Shown here in pieces: positions 39,201-51,862 of a DNA stretch of 64,000 nucleotides. This stretch comes from Rhizophagus irregularis (taxonomy: Eukaryota), in contig NC_089434.1 in NCBI RefSeq assembly GCF_026210795.1, positions 434,001 to 498,000 on the forward strand, read 5' to 3'. A program made the translations under genes and the position numbers. Positions within the stretch are counted from its first letter, which is position 1. Each line of letters starts with the position of its first letter. Under the pieces are notes generated by a model. It saw nothing but the letters and a program-made list of their open reading frames with translations. It was not told the DNA's origin and ran no database searches.

Positions 39201-40867
39201 ATAAAGAAATTAGATAGTTTAAATTATATGTAAATATTATAACAATAAGTAATAATAGAATTAAATAAATAACTTACTCACTATATTATTTAATAATTTT
39301 TTAAATAAAGAAAAAATTAGATAGTTTAAATTATATGTAAATATTATAATAATAAGTAATAATAGAATTAAATAAATAAATTATGACTTACCAACTACAA
39401 AATAAAGAAATTAGATAGCATAAATTATATGTAAATATTATAACAATAAGTAATAATAGAATTAAATAAATAACTTACACCCTATATTATTTAATAATTT
39501 TTTAAATAAAGAAATTAGATAGTTTAAATTATATGTAAATATCATAAAAATAAGTAATAATAGAATTAAATAAATAACTTACGATCTATTAAATAAATAA
39601 AGAAATTAGATAGTTTAAATTATATGTAAATATTATAACAATAAGTAATAATAATAGAATTAAATAAATAACTTACGATCTATTAAATAAATAAAGAAAT
39701 TAGATAGTTTAAATTATATGTAAATATTATAATATAAGTAATAATAGAATTAAATAAATAACTTACCAACTATTAAATAAATAAAGAAATTAGATAGTTT
39801 AAATTATATGTAAATATTATAACAATAAGTAATAATAGAATTAAATAAATAACTTACTCCCTATATTATTTGATAATTTTTTAAATAAAGAAATTAGATA
39901 GTTTAAATTATATAAATAATATAAATATAGATATCATATAACTTACACCCTGTAGTATTATTAATTATTAATTAGTTAGATATAAAGATAATATAAAAGT
40001 ATTTACTGTAAATTATATATATTACTTACAATCTAGTTGTTTAAATTAAGAATATAATTAGTTGAATTATGTAAAATATTAAACAAATAAATATAATATT
40101 TATATTGTAACTTACCATCTGTAATACAATTAATTATTAAATAGTTATTTAAACAAAGAATTTAGTTATTTGAATGTTGTATAAAAATAAATAAAGTAAA
40201 GGACTAAAGATTTAAATAACTAATAACTTACTAACTACAGATTATTAATTATTGAATAAATTATTTAGTTATATGGAATACAATAAAAATAATAATGAGT
40301 AATTCATTATATTAACTTACGAGCTAAATATTTAATCATATAATTTTTATATAAAATAGTTAGTCTAAATTATATTTGTAGTATTTGAATTGTTATAAAT
40401 AAAAACTTAATATTTCAGCTACCTTTAGATTCCTTGGTGTCACTTCCTTCAAATTCCTCAATACTACTACTTTCAAATTCTTCAGTGCCACTTCCCTCAA
40501 ATTCTCCAATGTCACTTTCTTCAAACTCTTCTATATTACTGGAAACTAGTTTTGTTATATTGCAAATTTGATTTTAATTATATTTGATTATTTACAATGA
40601 AATTTTTTTAATAAATAAAAAAACTTAATATTTCAACTTTGTTTTGTACATAATATTTACCTTCAGGTTCTTTTGTATCACCCAAAACTAGTTTATTATA
40701 TTGCAAGTTTGATTTAAAAATTTTGAATAATTCTAATTTATATTATTATTCATGTTATAAACTTTACCTTTACCAATACATTGGTCCATTACTATATCAA
40801 AATTCTCAATTGGAAAAGATAAATATCTTTTTTCTTTTTTTTTTATTATTAAATGCCTTTTAAACAT
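36284..40867 (-). CDS. TKL-type kinase (second subfamily) with an N-terminal micro-exon array
   Basis: Exons: 40768-40867 (or from the ATG at 40789), 40661-40687, 40423-40545, 27 x 3 nt, 1 nt at 37744, 37455-37671, 36527-37376 and 36313-36450 (3' end uncertain). The joined frame is open: MDQCIGKVLGDTKEPEVSSNIEEF...KESK-ALNDWWIDHRFVNRNDWIDHRFVNYAFE-FGKSGN...KGGFGTIYK...HCDFHDGN...DLG...FMAPE. Confidence 0.8.
37744..40323 (-). repeat. Tandem intron/3-nt-exon array (83-116-bp period)
   Basis: The + strand shows CTTAC-NNN-CT(A/G/T) 27 times, which is AG|NNN|GTAAG on the - strand, with a CTAAT branch-site-like motif in most introns. Confidence 0.9.
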
Positions 40868-41106
40868 CTTTATTAGTATGAGTAAATATAGTAATAATAT
40901 TTATGCAAAATACATTATGTGTAATCATAAGTACAAGCATTGCATCATTGCATATATGACAAACAAACCGGAATGTAGATCAATTATTACAAAATCGCAG
41001 TAACTGGTTAATCATTTCAGCTTAGGTAATTATTAAGTAATAAAATTATTATCATTCATTTTTATATAAAATTAGTTAGCTTACTTATTTTTATTGTATT
41101 GTTTTT

Positions 41107-41320
41107 AAGACCCCGAAATATACATAAAAGGGTCAGGTCATAGTTTGCGTATAATGAGTCAAAAAAAATCATGTAGATCATTCCTTTTATGGATAATCCC
41201 AGCCAAAATAATATTTCCTAATTTAGATAATGGCTGAAATTATCATAATTCCGGCCCTGAAAGAATGCGTATTTTGGACCACTTCTGGACCTGACCTCTA
41301 CATATATATTTCGGGGTCCT
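41107..41320. mobile_element. MITE with 8-bp TSD, same family as 9416-9645
   Basis: TIRs AAGACCCCGAAATATA / TATATTTCGGGGTCCT, TSD TTGTTTTT, and the shared internal ATTATCATAATTCCGGCCCTGAAA. Confidence 0.8.
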
Positions 41321-43439
41321 TTGTTTTTATTATATTGTTTTTAAATAAATTATAGCAGCGAAAAAATAAAAATTAACAATTCCTTTCAATAGTTATTATC
41401 TTTTTTTCTTTTTTTCAAAATGTAATTTTATTACTGTAAATTATAAATAGTTTCATAATGTTAGATATTAAAATAAAAAAAATTTAATTTATGTTTAAAG
41501 ATCAAAAATTAGTACTGTTATGAATAATGACAATTGCGTCATGGGTATTTACTTAAAATTCATAAAAATTAAAATACATGTATTTTCGACCTTACCGAAC
41601 ATTTTTCACTCCCAGTAAAAGTCCCGTACTGAATTCATATTAGGTTTGTATTGAATTTATACATGAGCCCGTTTCATATTTCCTATTTCTATTAGTGAGT
41701 GCACGTGAAAATCAAAATAATTTTCTATGTTCAACTTCCACACATTTAATTAGATAAATGTTACATGGCTACATATCATGTGCGCCGGCTGACACGGCTG
41801 CACTATGCTTTTCGGGTTGGAGAACGAGTTAGAGTGTTATTCTTCGAGTCAATAAATATCCTACAGTACTTTAAAACGAACGGACGAAGAGAAAATAACA
41901 ATATTTCCTAACATTAAGTAGTATAAATTAAAATATATCATTCGCCGTTCACCAGTGAAATTTTGTTTTCAAATATCTCGAACTTAATTTATTCTCTCCT
42001 AAAAATGGCCTTTTATTTGTAATAAAAATTCAATAGATAAAGTCGTAATTATTTTTTCGTTTTGTTAGTTTTCACGCATTCTTATGAAGTTATTCCATTA
42101 ATAGTTTAATATCGTAAATCTTATTGTCCTAATCTAATACTGTAAGTATCAATAAGCCTTGATGTTGAATTGAGCGCATTAAAATCATGTAACTAATTGT
42201 AACTTCAATTTTATAAAATTCTTTAAGCAAATATATCTCTTAAACGCATTTTTAATTTTTGAAATAATTAATAAATTTCATTTAAAAATAATTATCAAGT
42301 AAAAGCATTTTTTTTTAAACATGAATATAAATTTATAATTAAGTAACATATTTGAACTATTTAAATTACAAACTAATAAATTACTACTCTAATATTAGTG
42401 TTTAAATAGTAAATAATTGTTAATAAATTAATGAAAATTTAGTTGTAACGAGAGACGGGTTCAGTGAAAATGAGGAACATAGTGAAGGAAAAGATCAGAA
42501 TCTAGTGAGGAAGATGAAAATTCCGAGAAGGATGATATATCATCAGAAATTTCTTTTAAACTTGTAGTAAATCAAACAGTCCTGCAAAATAGCTCATGAT
42601 TCAAAAAACAATTCTTAGAAGTTTTTTAAAAGAATTGAATGAATATTATTATATTCAGCAAATTAGATCAATGGACAATGGATCGAATATGATGATTATA
42701 TTACTACATATAAACAGGTGAATGACAAGAGTTTAGGTATTCAACTATCAGATATCAAAACTCAATTTCACGTAATAAGGAGATGATGGTGATCGCTACA
42801 AATGAAAATGAGAATGTTAAAATTTATACAAGAAGGTATTTGGTATAATATTAATTATTTATAAATATATAGTAATAAATTATGCTTATAATCACTTTAT
42901 TTCAGAAAAATGGATGATATAACTAATACTACTGATGCTACTAACAATCATCAAGGAGAGATCAAATACTATTTCAAAAGAAATGTCTTTTTGATGAAAG
43001 GAGACATGTTAACTCAAAAAATTATTGTAATGAACATGATAGCGTGTTACGTTACTGGATCACTTCATTTACTTTTAATACCTCAACATTTAAGTACCTG
43101 AGCTGCATCAATAGTAATTTTTATTTAATTTATATTTAATTTTTTCTTGTTGTTTAGTACATATTAAATATTAAAACTTGTAAACAATAATAATTACAAA
43201 ATATAATTCAGGAACATAATTTAGAAACTATTAATACACCAACAGTATTGGTATTAGAAAAAAATTAGATAGAGCAGCATAAATTACGCATAATAATTGG
43301 TTTATTAACAAAATGTGATAAATATTTTTTAAAATCAATGATCACTTTATTATGTATCCTTTGCTTTTTACAAATAAATGAGGTATCTAATAAAAATTTT
43401 CGCCTATAATTATTTTTAAAATCTTTTCTATATATAGTT

Positions 43440-44355
43440 TTATTGAAAATGATTTATTTTTTTCAAATAAGATTTCGCCATCATAGGCGTTATCTGTGAA
43501 AATGCTGCTATAATAGCAAATCTAGGGTCGGGATAAGTTTCCATAAAATCCTTATTTCTTTTAATCCAGCTTTTTACTGTAGAAAATGCTAATTTTATCA
43601 GATTGAAATCAGGAGAGTACGGAGGAAGAAATAATATTCTACAACCAAGACTTTTTATTACATTGATCAATTCTTCATCATGGTGTATTTTAGCGTTATC
43701 CATCACCAATACACTGTTCTTTCCAGGGTAAGGTTTCATAAAAGGTAACTATAAAATTAAAATAATTAGCAATTAGCAATACTGAAATTAAATCATAAAA
43801 AAAACTATAAATATAACGTGATCACAAACGTGATCGTAAAGTTGCGCGAACGCGAAAAATAAAAAAATACAATTTGAGATAAAACGATAAAACAAATGAA
43901 CAAAATCTCTCTTTAGAACAGCTACATCTCATAATATCACATGCAGCGAATCCATCTAATGTAAGCGTAGGTAAAATAGTATACCTAACGCATCTCAAAA
44001 AAACTACTTTTTGACATGCTCTTTGATTTTCAAATGAATATCCATAAGTTCGTAATAAAGATCTTTCATTTAGCAGTTTCGTCCAAAAAAATCAATTGCT
44101 CTGCTTGATATTCTGTACTAATAGTAAAAATATAATCAGTTTTTAGCAATTCACTCCTTTTTTTTGCAGCTTTTCCAACTAGATTTTAAAAATAATAATA
44201 TATACTTAACCTTCTTTCTTGTTATTCCATAATATTTTAAAGATCTCTATAAAGTAGGTATAGAAACCTATTTTTCCAGTTTTATTAATCATCTCTCCAA
44301 TAATTTCATCCAAATAATAATTAGGACATTCTTTAATAATTTCTTGTAAAATCTA
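43440..44355 (-). pseudogene. Tc1/IS630-family DDE transposase remnant
   Basis: VLVMDNAKIHH and LFLPPYSPDFNLI motifs. Upstream broken fragments include FLDETAK and YLDEII..SIPTL. TIRs were not located. Confidence 0.8.
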
Positions 44356-46249
44356 AAAAATAAAATAGCGAGACTAACATCAAATTTTGTTATAAAATTA
44401 TTATTTAAATACAATATTTTTTTAGTTTCATAAAAAAATCCCGAACGTAAACTGTTAAAAAAATTTTTTTTATATGAAAGGATTAACCATTAATGGTAAT
44501 ACGGTGGCTTGTGCGATTTCTGATGAATGATGATCTCTAACCGGCAATAAATGAGGTATCCTAATGAATGAGGTGCACCTGCAATTTTTTAATGTCGTAC
44601 GAAACTGTTCAAGTAAAAGTTACATCAAATGTAAAAGATTAATTATATTGCATTGATTCTTACTCGGATACCTTAACATAATTTTAATAAGTGATTCTGG
44701 TCAAGGAATTAATATTGTTTTTTTTAAAAAAAAAAATTACACTCTGCATTCTGCAATAATTATTCCCATTAAAATTAACTACGGTATCGTCATCTATTAA
44801 TTAAATATAAGTTTTAATTAATCCAGAAAAATAATACCATATTTTCCTTTGTATTAATTATATAATTCTAAAACCTGAAGTTTGAATATATCCTTACAAG
44901 CTTTGAAGTCTAATCAAATCATTATTGTACCGTAAGTGGTTTACTGTAAAATCAGGATTTTATGCACGTTATTACAATGATTACTGGAATGAATCAACTC
45001 AAACTACACTCTGTCGGGTGTATTTCGTCATCGAAAACGTATTTGTTATATTTGTTCTACATTACTACTCGATTAGATGATACATTAATAGAAAAATTTG
45101 CTTCTCGTAAATCGTAATGTACTTACAAAAATTTCCTTCGTAGTCAAATTGTCAAATCAAAAAAATTGCGATGAAAATTATAATGGAAATTAAGATATCT
45201 AATAAAAATTCGATGAAATATTTAATTATTAAATAATATTGTAATGAAAAAAAATAGCAACGAAAAGTAAATAACAAAGTAGTCCACAAGAGGATTTAAT
45301 AATTATTTTTAACTGTTGTCATCAGTATTCTTATTACCTACTAACGGTTCCTAAATTGATTTTGGATACTGTTAAACTAATGAAAAATTAGAATAAACTG
45401 TAAACGCTTCCACGCCCATGAATTTACTAGTCTTTAAAACATAAAATAACATTGTCACCTCGTCAGGTACCATATAAATTATTTTTTATTAATATTTATT
45501 TATTCTTTTTTATAGTATTTATAGAGAACCAAATAAATTATTTTCACATTGAACAATTTTTTTTCATTTTTTCATTTTTTATCACTATCGATATTGTTAT
45601 ACTGACATATATGATAGTATAAATTATTTAGATTCGTGTGTAAGTTTAAAAATTTTTATCTAATAAATTTTATTTTTCTTCGTATACTGTATATTGTGTA
45701 TATTTTAATTTAATATGACTTAATTAATATTTTTATTCTTCATTAACCTAGTTAATCACTTATTTTTTATTATAATGTCCTAAATTACTATTCATTACTT
45801 ACCAGGTTAATATTCCTCTGAGGTTCTGATTCTATTGCTTAAACTCCAACTCCAATAGCCTGGTAAAGTCCAGTAATTTATTTCGTAAGTTCTACATCTG
45901 TATTATTTTTTATAGCTAAGAAATTATTATTTCAACATAAAAATAACGTGACAATTTCATCTCGTGATGTATGTGACATGTGTAACATGAATGCAGGTAG
46001 CATAGCGGACATGCTTTTATCACCTTGCTGATCATTTGTCGATCATATATATATATCATATCACTTCTACTTTGAAGCATCGGGTAAAGCCATAAATGCT
46101 CAGGCAAATTATACTAATTGTTTTTTTTTGTCAGTTTAATTCATGAAAAATATACTATAAAATTATTATGGCAAAAAAAAATTTACAGTATTGCCTTGAA
46201 CCAAAATTTCCCATAATTTGATAATTGCCAATCATTTGCCGATCATCTG

Positions 46250-46631
46250 CCCTATAAAAAATATTTTTGCTAAAATATACTTAAAATAAACTTAAAATTT
46301 TATTTTATACTTAAAATATATTTAAATTTTTATTTTATACTTAAAATATACTGAAATAGGCAAAAATTAAATATTATTTAAGTATAATTTAAGTATATAA
46401 TAATATACTTAAAATATTCTTATTTTAAATATCCTTAAAATATACTGAAATGGGCAAAATTTAAATGTAAATTAAATATATTTTAAGTATATATTAAATA
46501 CAATTTAATTCAAATTTTGCGAAAATTCAATTTTCAGTATATTTTAAGTATAAAATAAGAAAATTAAGTATATTTTAAAGAAAATTAAATATATTTTAAA
46601 TATATTTTAAGTAAAATTTTTTTTTATAGGG
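46250..46631. mobile_element. CMC/CACTA-like MITE
   Basis: CCCTATAAAAAA...TTTTTTATAGGG termini, 3-bp TSD CTG, and inverted AAAATATACTTAAAA subterminal repeats. Confidence 0.8.
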
Positions 46632-47391
46632 CTGCTAACCTGATTTTGAAGCTTCGGGCAAAGCCACAGATTTACGGGCGAAACTTGAAATTTTTAAAAT
46701 ATATTATTTAGGTATTCAAGAATCAATGGTTAAAATAAACCAGCAGAATTTTAGATAAACCAAAAGTTATCATTAAATGAATATTATTAAAATATATATT
46801 AGGAAAAAATTTTGGCAAAATTTTATGAACTGTTTAAAGAATTTTTTTTGTTTTATTTATTTAAACAACAAATTTTGATCATTAAAAAATTATATTGTTT
46901 ATTTTTTTATAAATAGTCTTTAAAATTTTGTGAAGAAATACTCATAAAAACACATTTTATTAGAATTTAAAAAGTTATTATTACTAGTAAAAGTTACCCA
47001 ATAATGATGCGATCTTGATAAAATTTAATATGCAGTAAATCTAAATGAATATTAAGCTGTCTGTAAAATTTGAGTACATATTATTATGTAGAATTTTCAA
47101 CCAAAGCCAATCAATTTAATTATAGCGAAGAGATAAAAATTGAATAAATGATCGACAAATGATCGTCAAAATTGTGATAAAATAGGGATGTCCGCTATGC
47201 TAATGCAGGTACTACAAGCACCATATTTGGAGAAAACATTTTGTGTAAGTTGCACTACATTATAAGACTGTAAATCATTGCTAATAATTTTGGTCACAAA
47301 ACTTTATTTCTCTTTTTTCTCATCGTAATTTTTAAAACTTTCAAATTTATAAAAATTCTTTTCCTTTCAAAGCTCTTTTTTAAATAATCCA

Positions 47392-49899
47392 ATGTCTATA
47401 ATTCGAAAAGAACTTGCTCATGCAGCAATATCTAGGTCACTTGCATTAATAGATTATAATGTTCACAAGAATATTCACAAAATATATGAATTTCAACAAC
47501 AAACACTTCTTGCTGATAATTCTTTTACAAAAGATGAAAAAAATTATGCAATAAATTGGATAACTAGAGACTATGATCGAAATAAAATTAATAACAATTC
47601 AGGAACAAGAAGAATTTGTGAAAATTGTAATCAAAAATGTTTAGCTACATTATATTGTGAATTTTGTGTTCAAAATTATTTAAAAACAAATTTTTCAAAT
47701 TGGACATCTGGAAATGTTAACATTGATAATTTAATCCAGAAATGTCAATCAGAAACACTCATGCCAAGTATGATAGTTGAATGGATTCCATATAATAATT
47801 TACAGAATGTCAGGTATTTAACAAAAGGTGGTTTTTCTGAAATTTATACAGCAGATTGGGTTGATGGAAAATATGAAGAATGGGATTCTAAAAAACAGCA
47901 ATTAAAAAGAGTTGGAAGACATAATGTAATACTTAAAAAATTAGAAAATGTTGAAAGTGCAAATCAAAGTTGGTTTGAAGAGGTTTGTAACCTACTGTAA
48001 ATCTAAGAAAATTGATTAACCAATTCAGCTTTATATTGATAATAGATTTTTACATTTTTTTAGGCTAAATCACATTTAACTATAAGTAATAAAAGGTCAG
48101 ATATTGTTCAATGTTTTGGTTTAACACAAAACATATCAAATGGAAATTATATGCTTGTAATGTATAAAATGGATATAAGTTTAAAAGAATTTTTACAACA
48201 GAATCACAATAAACTTACATGGAGACAAAAATTAAATATATCTTTTGAAATAGTTAGGGCACTTTATTTTATTCATAAAGAGAATGCAATTCATAGAGAT
48301 TTGCATTCAGGAAATATATTGTATTCACAAATCAATAGTAAGTGGTATATTGGTGATCTTGGATTTTGTGGACCTGCTGATAAATCATCAAAAAGCGTAT
48401 ATGGAATTCTTCCTTACATAGCGCCAGAAGTTATTAATGGAAGAGAATATACTTTTAAATCTGATATTTATAGTATTGCAATGCTTATGTGGGAAATTTC
48501 ATCTGGACAACCACCATTTATTAATCATGGACATGATTGTAATCTTGCAATAAATGTTATTAATGGTATTAGACCAAAAATTGTGTCAGGAACTCCTACA
48601 GAATATAAAAATTTAATGGAACAATGTTGGGACGCTGATCCATCAAAAAGACCAGATACTAATACACTTATGATAAAAATAAGAGAGATGAATTTTTATT
48701 ATCAAAGTATGACGGATGAATCAGAAATACACAATAATTTAGAATTAGATGAAACAAATAGTAATACAAATAGCAGATTATTTACAAGTAAAATTCATCA
48801 ATTTGAGAATCTACCCGAACCAAGAAATGCGACAGAAGGTATTATATTTAATATATGTTGCTTTTATTATTTAAATACATAAATAATAACAAAAAATTCT
48901 CATTTTTTATATTAAAAATGAATAGAGGAGCTAGATGGTAATGTAAATTTGTCAATCTAATAATTAAAATCTTTTAATTTCTCAGATTATTTATATTCTT
49001 ATTCATTTCGACTTTTTTTACTAAAATATTTTATTTTAAATAGTATTCCATAGTAAACCATATGATTATAGTATTCCTACTAATAGTAAGTATTTTTTTT
49101 CAAATTGTAGGATTGTTATATATAGTATATATTTTTAATTATTAATTTTACCTTTTCTTTAGTTGATAACTCAAGCAATCAGAATAATAGTAGAACATCA
49201 AAAATAAATAGCTTTTTTAAAGGTTGGTGAATTTATCCATATACAGTCTTTACAGAAACTTCAAGATCGTAGCGATGGCTTAATGCGCAGTAACTGCGTT
49301 ATAAATACATAGTGACCACATTTATGTAATCGTAAAGAAATTACATATATGCAGTTACTGCGCATTAAGCCATCGCTACGATCTTTGAAGTTTCTGTAAA
49401 GGTATTTAATTGATTTATCTTTTTTTTTTATAAAAAAATAATTGGATAAATAAATAATGAATCATATTTTAAATTTTAGCCAATAGTAAAAAATTATCCA
49501 AAATGTTTAAAAAGCTACAAGTAAAAGATGGTATGTAAATAAGTTAATATTATTTATTAATGCAAATATTCATTAAATGTAATTTATTTCAATTTAATAT
49601 AAACAAGAAACAGTGCAACAAACAAAAGGACCAAATGTTAATTTTAATGGTAAGACTGACAAATATACACATTTTAATGACCATTTTTGTATTTTTTTCT
49701 AATTATTCTCATTTTGTTACTAAAGATGATGAAGATGAAGTATACAATAACCCAAATTTTCATTCTAAAGAACAAGATGAATTTGAAATTCCTAATGGTA
49801 AAAAATTCACTATTTTAAAATGTAAAAATTATTTACTTTAATTTACTAATTTTTATTATTGAAAATATTTTTTTTTTTTTGATATTAGATACAAAATGA
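47392..49899 (+). CDS. TKL-family protein kinase paralog, apparently intact
   Basis: ATG start, CxxC..CxxC, KGGFSEIY, HRDLHSGN, DLG and YIAPE. Same intron positions as 797-2894. The short C-terminal exons end GAT ACA AAA TGA. Confidence 0.88.
49244..49402. mobile_element. Foldback MITE in a kinase intron
   Basis: About 50-bp inverted arms CTTTACAGAAACTTCAAGATCGTAGCGATGGCTTAATGCGCAGTAACTGC, with TA at the outer flanks. Confidence 0.7.
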
Positions 49900-51728
49900 T
49901 TTTATACTGAAAATTTGCTACCATCTCTCATTACAACTATTTTTTTGTAAATCGTTATAAAATAGTTTATATTTATTTATATTTTATTAAAGTTATTTAA
50001 ACACTAAGACTAGAGTAGTAAGATTTCTTACAAATTTCTTAGTTTGTAATTTAAATAATTCATATATGTAAAATTATTAACCCTCCAAATAAAATTTATA
50101 AATTTATATTTATTCATTATTTTAAAAAAATGGGTTTTCTTAATACTTTTAAATGAAGTCTATTAATTATTTCAAAAATTAAAAATGTGTTAAAGAGGTA
50201 CTTAAGGAATTTATAAGATTGAAGTTTACATTTTAAATTTTAATGTAGTCAATCCACCATCAAGATTTATTGATACAGTATATCTTGGTTCGCTAGATTA
50301 GGATAACGTAAATAATTCATATTAAACTATTGAAGAGATAATATTATAAGAATGCGCAGAACGAAAAAATAATTACGACATTATCTATTAAACGTTTATT
50401 ACAAATAAAAAACCATTGGTCAGGAGGGAGTAAATCAAGTTCGGGGTATTTCTAAAGGAAAGCAAAATTCTTCAAAAAGTTGAACGATAATATAAATTTA
50501 TTATACGTATCAATAGTGTATCAATTAATAGATTTTTCGAAGGTAAATATTATTTAAATTCTTTTTTTTTAAAAAAAAAAGTAATAAATAAACAAGTATT
50601 TAAGAATTAATATTAAATCATACAACTTGCCAAAAGTATTTAACGAGCTATGAATAAATTCAATAAATGGCAAGTAAATAATTCTTATTATTTTGTGGAT
50701 GAAGATGAAGTACATGATAATCAGTAGACCAAGATCAATTGAAAATTTCTAATGATAACGAGTAGAATTTTTTAAAGATATTAATTTAAGATCGCTAATT
50801 AATATACAGTTATCATTTTACATAATTTAGATATAGACGAATCTTGGACGAATTTCAAGTCATCTTTTTAATAAATAAATGGCAAAATTATTTATCTTTT
50901 ATATTTGAAACTTTTATTATTTACTTTTTATTTTATAAATCATATAAATTTATTTATTTTAAACACTAAAATTTAAGAATAGTAAGGTAATATGACTTAC
51001 GACCGCGATCTATACTATAAATTGCGGAATCATCAGACAGAGCTCATAAACTTACTTAGTAATTTCGCCAATTATCGATAGTAAGAGCTTATTTAAAGGT
51101 ACAGTAACGATAATTATTAGTGATTAGACTATCATATATTACTTTGTTTAATTAATAGATGACGATACTTGTAGTTAATTCTAATGGCGCAGAATGCAGG
51201 GTGTAATATTTTTTTTAATAAAGCTAATTTCTTGATTAGAAATTACTTATTAAAACTATGTAAGGTAGAATCAATACATGGAATTGTACACTTACTACTT
51301 TTAGTAATATAATTAATCGTAACACTATTTAACTTGAACAGTTTAGTTATACGACATTAAATATTACAGGTGAATCGTTACCGTAGACATTTTGCACCTC
51401 ATTCATTACGCATATTTCCCATTTAAATAAATTTTAAATAACAATTCTTTTATATGAGCAACGCGTGACTAAAATATGAATTTCTTATAACTTTAACTTT
51501 CTAAGTGTGTAACTCAGGATGCGAAAATTAAATATGTACATAAACTTTAATGTAGTTCCATTAATATATTTTATCAATCTTTAGTCGAATATCTTAATTG
51601 AGCAGGATCTTAGATAATACGTTGGAAAAACACATTCTAAATTTACAATAATTACGTAAAAACTCGTAAATAAATTATATTAATCACAAAATTATTTCTA
51701 CAATTTATTAATATATCCTTTTGTATTA

Positions 51729-51862
51729 CCGTATTTGCCCGAAAATAAGCAATCACCGAAAATAAGCAACATGCCCCGCATTATAACAAATTTTGGCCCA
51801 CATTATCAAAACTTGGCCGGAATTATGTGCAAAACTTGTTGCTTATTTTCGGGCAAATACGG
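51729..51862. mobile_element. Tc1/pogo-like MITE
   Basis: Perfect TIRs CCGTATTTGCCCGAAAATAAGCAA with TA TSD. A paralogous empty site lies at about 44855. Confidence 0.9.

Noticed and set aside
37744..40323. CRISPR-like or plain satellite reading of the ~90-bp array
   Set aside because: Eukaryotic context, no cas genes, and the variable part is only 3 nt and always bounded by AG/GT splice signals.
42460..43115. Coding-like + strand fragments beside the Tc1 remnant
   Set aside because: Multiple stops and frameshifts and no recognisable family. Probably decayed element cargo.
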